From the NCBI GenBank assembly GCA_964482135.1, contig CAYZWF010000002.1:6639-70638 (forward strand): 64,000 nucleotides of DNA. The letters run 5' to 3'. Source of the stretch: an uncultured Rhodospirillaceae bacterium (GTDB taxonomy: Bacteria; Pseudomonadota; Alphaproteobacteria; UBA11136). The notes beneath the pieces are model-generated. The model was given only the letters and a program-made list of their open reading frames with translations. It was not told where the DNA came from and did not search any database. The translations under genes and the position numbers were made by a program. Within the stretch, counting starts at the first letter, position 1; the number at the start of each line of letters is the position of its first letter. This document shows, one piece after another, positions 59,002 through 64,000 of this stretch.

Positions 59002-59228
59002 GATTTTCAGACTCCCGGTTAGTCATACCCCGTTTGGTCTTGCCGCCACATGGTGGCGTCACACCCATTTTACCCGCAATGGAGCGTAATCTGTATCCCT
59101 TTCCGTGGGCCGAGCCGCGAGAGCGGCGCTTGTGGCGGCGGAAATCTGGGTCTATGTTCCCGCCAAACACTGTTTAAGCGCGTCGGGCGGGTCTGGTGCC
59201 GGCCTGGCGCACAACCGGAGTAAGACTC

Positions 59229-60104
59229 ATGTTCAAGGGATCCATGACCGCCCTGATTACCCCGTTCGCCGACGGCAAGGTGGACGGGAAGGCGTTCAAG
59301 GCGCTGGTCGAGAGACAGGTGGCGGAGGGCACGCACGCCCTGGTGCCCTGTGGCACCACCGGCGAGTCGCCGACGCTGACCCATGAGGAACATATGGCGG
59401 TGACGGAAATGTGCATCGCGGCGGCCGGGGCCCGTGTGCCGGTGATCGCCGGGTGCGGCTCCAACTCCACCGCCGAGGCCGTGGCGCTGGCCCGCCATGC
59501 GGCCAAAGCCGGGGCCGACGCCACATTGGTGGTCACGCCCTATTACAACAAGCCCACCCAGGCCGGGCTGTATGCCCATTTCAAGGCGGTGCATGACGCC
59601 TGTGACCTGCCGCTGTTCATCTATAATATTCCCGGCCGCAGCGTGGTGGATATGTCGGTGGAGACCATGGCGCGGCTGGCGGAACTGCCCCATATCGTCG
59701 GTGTCAAGGACGCCACCGCCGACCTCGACCGGCCCGTGCAGACCCGCGAAGCCATGGGCGAAGACTTCATCCAGCTTTCGGGCGAGGACGCCACCGTGGT
59801 TCCCTTCCTCGAAGCCGGCGGGGTAGGCTGTATTTCGGTGACCGCCAATATCGCGCCGCGCGCCTGCGCCGATCTACACGAGGCATGGATGAAGGGTGAT
59901 ATGGACACCGTGAACGAGGTCAACGAGCGCCTGATGCCGGTCCATGACGCCATGTTCTGTGAATCGAGTCCGGGACCGGTGAAATACGCCGCCTCGCTGA
60001 TGGGGCTGTGCTCCGACGAGGTGCGCCTGCCTTTGTGCGAAATCGCAGGGGAGTCCAAAGAGAAAGTCCGCGCGGCTCTGGACGCGGCGGGTCTGCTGCC
60101 GTAA
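59229..60104 (+). CDS. dapA: 4-Hydroxy-tetrahydrodipicolinate synthase
   Basis: DapA family (TALITPF, GTTGES, catalytic-Lys region). Start at MFKGSMTAL. Confidence 0.85.
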   Translation: MFKGSMTALITPFADGKVDGKAFKALVERQVAEGTHALVPCGTTGESPTLTHEEHMAVTEMCIAAAGARVPVIAGCGSNSTAEAVALARHAAKAGADATLVVTPYYNKPTQAGLYAHFKAVHDACDLPLFIYNIPGRSVVDMSVETMARLAELPHIVGVKDATADLDRPVQTREAMGEDFIQLSGEDATVVPFLEAGGVGCISVTANIAPRACADLHEAWMKGDMDTVNEVNERLMPVHDAMFCESSPGPVKYAASLMGLCSDEVRLPLCEIAGESKEKVRAALDAAGLLP

Positions 60105-60122
60105 GGCGGCGGGGCGGTTGCC

Positions 60123-60605
60123 ATGGCCAAGGCCAAGGAAGCGGCAGAAACGGGATACCGCGTCGTCGCCAAGAACCGCAAGGCGCGCCACAATTACCTG
60201 ATTGAGGATCATCTCGAGGCCGGCATCATGCTCACCGGCTCGGAGGTGAAGTCGCTGCGCATGGGACGCGCGTCTATAGGTGAGGCCTATGGGGCGGAAA
60301 AGGGTGGCAAGCTGATGCTGGTGAACGCCCATATCCCCCAATACGACCCGGCGGGAAAGCATAATCACGACCCCAAACGGCCGCGCCAGCTGTTGGTGCA
60401 CCGCCGTCAGCTCGACCGGCTGATCGGCGCCATGACCCGCGACGGCATGACGTTGGTGCCGCTGAGCCTTTATTTCAACGAGCGCGGCCTGGCCAAGGTT
60501 GATCTCGGGATTGCCAAGGGCAAGAAGAAGCACGACAAACGCGCGGCGGCTAAGGAGAAGGACTGGAAGCGCGATAAGGCGCGCATCCTCCGCGATAAGG
60601 GATAA
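60123..60605 (+). CDS. smpB: SsrA-binding protein
   Basis: SmpB family ([20 protein letters not shown]). 160 aa. Confidence 0.9.
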   Translation: MAKAKEAAETGYRVVAKNRKARHNYLIEDHLEAGIMLTGSEVKSLRMGRASIGEAYGAEKGGKLMLVNAHIPQYDPAGKHNHDPKRPRQLLVHRRQLDRLIGAMTRDGMTLVPLSLYFNERGLAKVDLGIAKGKKKHDKRAAAKEKDWKRDKARILRDKG

Positions 60606-60652
60606 CTACTTTTTGAGCGCTGACGTAATTTTTGGGGCCCGCAGTAATCTTT

Positions 60653-60745
60653 GGGGGCCGACGTACCCTGGCCCCTCCTGGCCCTTTCTTTTCGGGCCGA
60701 CGTACCCTGGGCCTTCTTGTTGAGGGCCGAGGTGCCCTGGCCCGT
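60653..60745. repeat. Three degenerate direct repeats of GGGCCGACGTACCCTGGCCC-like units (copies at 60655, 60694 and 60724), plus paired GTAAT(T/C)TTTGGGGCC motifs
   Basis: Read directly from the sequence. Lies between smpB and the convergent kinase remnant. Confidence 0.55.
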
Positions 60746-61614
60746 CACGCCGTGGCGGCTTTTTCCAGGACGTTCACCAGTTTATCCACGTCTATGGGTT
60801 TGGTGAGATAATCGTCAAACCCCGCATCCCGTCCTTTTCTGATGTCTCCTCTCATGGCGTGGGCGGAAAGGGCGATGACCCGGATATGGCCGGCCAGGCC
60901 CCGTTCCCGGAGCATTTTCAGGGCTTCGTATCCGTCGGCGCCGGGCAAGCCGATGTCCATAAGGATAATGTCGGGGTTCTCGGATAACGCCGCCTCGACG
61001 CCGTCTTCCGCCGTGGTCGCCTCCAGCAGGTCGTACCGGGGCATGCGTGAAAGCACTTTGCGCACGAATTTCATATTGGCGGGGTTGTCCTCCACGTACA
61101 GCACCTTCAAGTGTTTTCCCTGCGCGGTCCCGGCGGCGGGAGCGGATTCAATGGAGTCCAGGGCCGTATCGAGTTCCTGTTCCAGGCTTTCCCCTTCGTC
61201 GAACTCCACCCAGAAGGTGGTGCCTTCACCGGGAATACTGTGGACGCCGATCTCGCCGCCCATGGCCTCCACCAGTTTTTTTGTGATGGTAAGCCCGATT
61301 CCGGTGCCCTCGATGGTGCCGCTTTCACGGCCCAGCCGGTTGAATGGTTCGAACAGATCCGGCAATTGTTCTTGCGGGATGCCGCCGCCGGTATCGCGGA
61401 CGCTGATGCGGATTTTACCGCCTTCGCGGCGCTCCGGGACAAGAGTCACCTCGCCGCCCTCGCGGTTGTATTTGATGGCGTTGGACAGGAGGTTGAGCAG
61501 CACCTGTTTGAGTCTGGTGTAATCGGCCTTGAGGAAGGGGGCCCCAATCTCCGCGCTTTGATCGTGGACGGTGATCCCGCATTCCTCCGCCTGGGCCTTT
61601 TTGTAGGGAAACAA
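60745..61614 (-). pseudogene. 5'-truncated hybrid sensor histidine kinase (HATPase_c + receiver domain only; no HisKA or sensor domain)
   Basis: The N-box (LLNLLSNAIKY) lies only about 35 aa from the TTG-initiated N-terminus. G1/G2 boxes (DTGGGIP, GTGIGL) and a REC domain (VLYVEDNP ... DIILMDIGLP ... K) are present. Only about 97 nt separates it from the upstream UDG gene. Confidence 0.5.
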
Positions 61615-61710
61615 TTCTTCCGCGCGCGTCTGCTCATCAAGGAGGGCGGCGGAAATTTCAAAAATCTTATGTGAGGGGGTTTATAGAGAGCGCTTTATTC
61701 TTTGGAAAGC

Positions 61711-62406
61711 CTATTGGGTATCAAGCTGTGCCCGAATCCCCGCCAGAACCTCGAAGAACATGGCCTCGGTGAGGCGTTTGGTCTGGGTGTTGTAGCGCGA
61801 ACAGTGGTAGCTGTCGGCCAGGGTGAGATTACCGGGAAGATCATGTGTGGCGCCATGGCCGAAGGGGAAGTTCCTGAGTTTGAGGGCGAAAGTGCGGATC
61901 ACCGCGTCATGGGCCACCTTGCCCAGCGCCATCAACACCCGCAGATTGGGCATGGCGGCGATTTCGGACACGAGAAAAAGCCGGCAGGCGGCGGTCTCGG
62001 CGCCGGTGGGTTTGTTCTCCGGGGGCACGCAGCGCACCGCGTTGGTGATGCGGCAATCCGCGAGCGTGAGAGCGTCATCGGGGCGCGCGGCGTAGGTGCC
62101 GCTGGAAAATCCGAATTTCGCCAGACCCCCATAGAGGAGATCGCCGGCATAGTCGCCGGTGAAGGGCCTCCCCGTGCGGTTGGCCCCTTTCAAGCCCGGC
62201 GCCAGCCCCACCACCAGCAGCCGGGCGTCGATTTTGCCGAAGGAGGCCACCGGGGCGTTATGCCAGGGAGGCCGGGCGTCGCGGTTTGCCAGGCGGTTGG
62301 CTTGGCGGAACTGGACGAGCCGGGGGCATAAGGGGCATTCAGGGGGCGGGTCCGTGAATGGGGGGTCCGTGAAGGGGGGCGTCCCGGTTGAAGGAGAACT
62401 GGTCAT
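61711..62406 (-). CDS. Uracil-DNA glycosylase, family 4
   Basis: Family-4 motifs (CPLCP ... GLAPG, HPSPLN-equivalent region). Confidence 0.75.
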   Translation of the reverse strand: MTSSPSTGTPPFTDPPFTDPPPECPLCPRLVQFRQANRLANRDARPPWHNAPVASFGKIDARLLVVGLAPGLKGANRTGRPFTGDYAGDLLYGGLAKFGFSSGTYAARPDDALTLADCRITNAVRCVPPENKPTGAETAACRLFLVSEIAAMPNLRVLMALGKVAHDAVIRTFALKLRNFPFGHGATHDLPGNLTLADSYHCSRYNTQTKRLTEAMFFEVLAGIRAQLDTQ

Positions 62407-62431
62407 GGCGGCGGCCTTATTGCTTGCGGGC

Positions 62432-63073
62432 TTAAGCCGATGACGCCAGTTCTTCTTCCATAATCTCTTCGGGGATGCCTTCTTCCGGAACTTCTCTCTG
62501 TTCTTCTCTCTGGGGGTCTTCGCGCAGGGGGATGTCCTCGCTGCCGTGATCGCGGCCGATCTGGTCCTTCAACTCGACGATATCCACGAACTGGTCGGCC
62601 TGGCGGCGCAGTTCATCGGCGCACATGGGCGGGCTCGACTTGACGGTGCTGATGACGGTGACGCGAGCCCCCTTGTTCTGGACCGCCTCCACCAGCGACC
62701 GGAAGTCGCCGTCTCCCGAAAACAGCACCATATGGTCAAGCCTGCCGGCCATCTCCATCATGTCGACGGCGATTTCGATGTCCATATTGCCCTTGATCTT
62801 GCGCCGTCCGGCGGCGTCGGTGAATTCCTTGGTGGGCTTGGTGATCATGGTGTAGCCGTTATAGTCGAGCCAATCCACCAGCGGCCGGATCGGCGAGTAT
62901 TCCTGGTCGTCGATGAGGGCGGTGTAGTAATAGGCGCGGATAAGCTTGTTCTCGCCGCCGAAGAATTCCAGCAGGCGTTTGTAATCGATGTCGAAGCCTA
63001 TGGATTTTGCCGCCGCGTAGAGATTGGAGCCGTCTATGAAAAGAGCGATTCGCTCATCGGGATAAAAATGCAT
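62432..63073 (-). CDS. NYN-domain (LabA-like) protein with acidic C-terminal tail
   Basis: LFIDGSNLY ... VLFSGDGDF motif pattern of NYN/LabA nucleases. Confidence 0.65.
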   Translation of the reverse strand: MHFYPDERIALFIDGSNLYAAAKSIGFDIDYKRLLEFFGGENKLIRAYYYTALIDDQEYSPIRPLVDWLDYNGYTMITKPTKEFTDAAGRRKIKGNMDIEIAVDMMEMAGRLDHMVLFSGDGDFRSLVEAVQNKGARVTVISTVKSSPPMCADELRRQADQFVDIVELKDQIGRDHGSEDIPLREDPQREEQREVPEEGIPEEIMEEELASSA

Positions 63074-63288
63074 GGAGCCAATTCCTTAAAAAATGGCGCT
63101 TGCCCTGAAAAATAAAAAACCCGGAAATAAGAGAAAACAGGGCCCGCATTTGAAAAATTAGGGGTTTACAGGGCCGTGGGCGATTCTATAAATGCCGGCC
63201 ATTCCCCTTTATGTAGGTGGGTGCCTAAACGGGGCGCCGCAAGGATTTATACTAAAATTATTCCAATTCGTCATCGGGAACCACGATT

Positions 63289-63804
63289 TTGATCATTATC
63301 GGCATCGGCTCCAATCTGCCCAGCGACATGTACGGCGCGCCCGCGGCCAATTGCGAGGCGGCGCTGGGGGTTCTCGGGGAACGGGGACTCTCGGTGGTGA
63401 AACGCGCGCGCTGGTACGAAAGCGCGCCGGTGCCGGTTTCCGACCAGCCCTGGTTCGTTAACGGCGCGGTGACCGTGGAGACCGCTTTGCCGCCGCAGGC
63501 GCTTCTCGATCTGCTCCATGACATCGAACACGGATTCGGACGCGTGCGGCGGGTGCGCAACGAGGCGCGAATCCTCGATCTCGACCTCATCGCCTATGAT
63601 GATCTGGTAATTGAGGGCAGCGACGGCCCGGTGCTGCCCCACCCCCGGATGCACGAGCGCGCCTTTGTCCTGTTGCCCTTGCTGGAACTGGCCCCGGACT
63701 GGATTCACCCGGTCTCAAAAACGCCCATTGAAGAGTTGGTGTCGGCCCTGGCAGAAGGCCAAGAGGGCCAGGAAATCCGCCCCGTTGAAGGGAGCGCCGG
63801 TTAG
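63289..63804 (+). CDS. folK: 2-Amino-4-hydroxy-6-hydroxymethyldihydropteridine pyrophosphokinase
   Basis: HPPK family (IGIGSNL, RWYESAPV, LDLDLI). Confidence 0.85.
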   Translation: MIIIGIGSNLPSDMYGAPAANCEAALGVLGERGLSVVKRARWYESAPVPVSDQPWFVNGAVTVETALPPQALLDLLHDIEHGFGRVRRVRNEARILDLDLIAYDDLVIEGSDGPVLPHPRMHERAFVLLPLLELAPDWIHPVSKTPIEELVSALAEGQEGQEIRPVEGSAG

Positions 63805-64000
63805 GCTTCGGCGGGGGTTTTGGCGGGTGTTTTGGGGGCGCGCGGCAATACCGCCCCAATGTGGCTAATGGCCTTGCCTAGTGGGGCATCGGTACATATA
63901 TTCCCCCCCTGCATACAATTTCAGTAAATACAGTTTCGCAACACACCCGAAAAAACACCCCATGAGCCCCATCGGAGAATCCCATGGCCCGCGTAACCAT

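Noticed and set aside
60653-60745. Short tandem repeats considered as a possible CRISPR array
   Set aside because: Only three degenerate copies with irregular 30-39 bp spacing and no distinct unique spacers or cas genes nearby. More consistent with REP-like intergenic repeats.

Overview
This 64-kb window is GC-rich (roughly 65% by eye) and looks like part of an alphaproteobacterial denitrifier genome. Three things point that way: the slt-dapA-smpB gene order, an Hsp20 gene with a structured 5' leader, and a Paracoccus-like nirI-nirX pair. The first ~26 kb is a dense denitrification island. It starts with the 3' end of a nos accessory cluster (nosF partial, nosY, nosL, then an ApbE/NosX flavin transferase). 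Next comes a heme d1 biosynthesis/maturation operon, nirC-F-D-L-G-H-J-N, on the minus strand, with stop/start overlaps consistent with translational coupling. A cytochrome cd1 nitrite reductase gene (nirS) is transcribed divergently from it, followed by a NapC/NirT-type tetraheme cytochrome fused to an extra C-terminal heme domain, a small cupredoxin and a bacteriohemerythrin. A second nirS paralog follows, divergent from a NosR-like nirI plus ApbE-like nirX pair. The most unusual part lies next to nirIX: a minus-strand operon (about 20267-26144) encoding a CuA-containing heme-copper oxidase of Thermus ba3-like (B-family) gene organisation that lacks the cross-link tyrosine. It carries a small subunit IIa-like protein, a SCO1 copper chaperone, an unusual cytochrome b6-like/ferredoxin/MvhD triple-domain fusion, a hypothetical membrane protein and a second hemerythrin. 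This looks like a candidate non-canonical, CuA-type nitric oxide reductase with its own electron-entry module. The rest of the window carries a TPR/sulfotransferase gene, class I PHA synthase (phaC), a Ca2+/cation antiporter, tandem-USP and a P-type ATPase. A Glu/Leu-type dehydrogenase sits with a three-gene 2-oxoacid:ferredoxin oxidoreductase and an acyl-CoA synthetase, and tdh-kbl (threonine catabolism) follows. A second notable operon (about 44581-49695) combines inositol-3-phosphate synthase with a nucleotidyltransferase, two CDP-alcohol phosphatidyltransferases and a flippase-like membrane protein, suggesting a CDP-inositol-dependent inositol-lipid pathway. After it come an Hsp20 gene with a candidate sigma32 promoter, and a lower-GC block of acidic secreted hypothetical proteins and methyltransferases, one of them apparently frameshifted. 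The window ends with slt, dapA, smpB, a 5'-truncated hybrid sensor kinase remnant beside degenerate direct repeats, family-4 UDG, a NYN-domain protein and folK. No rRNA, tRNA, CRISPR array, transposase or integrase was recognised. All functional calls are from reading motifs in the supplied translations; no database search was possible.
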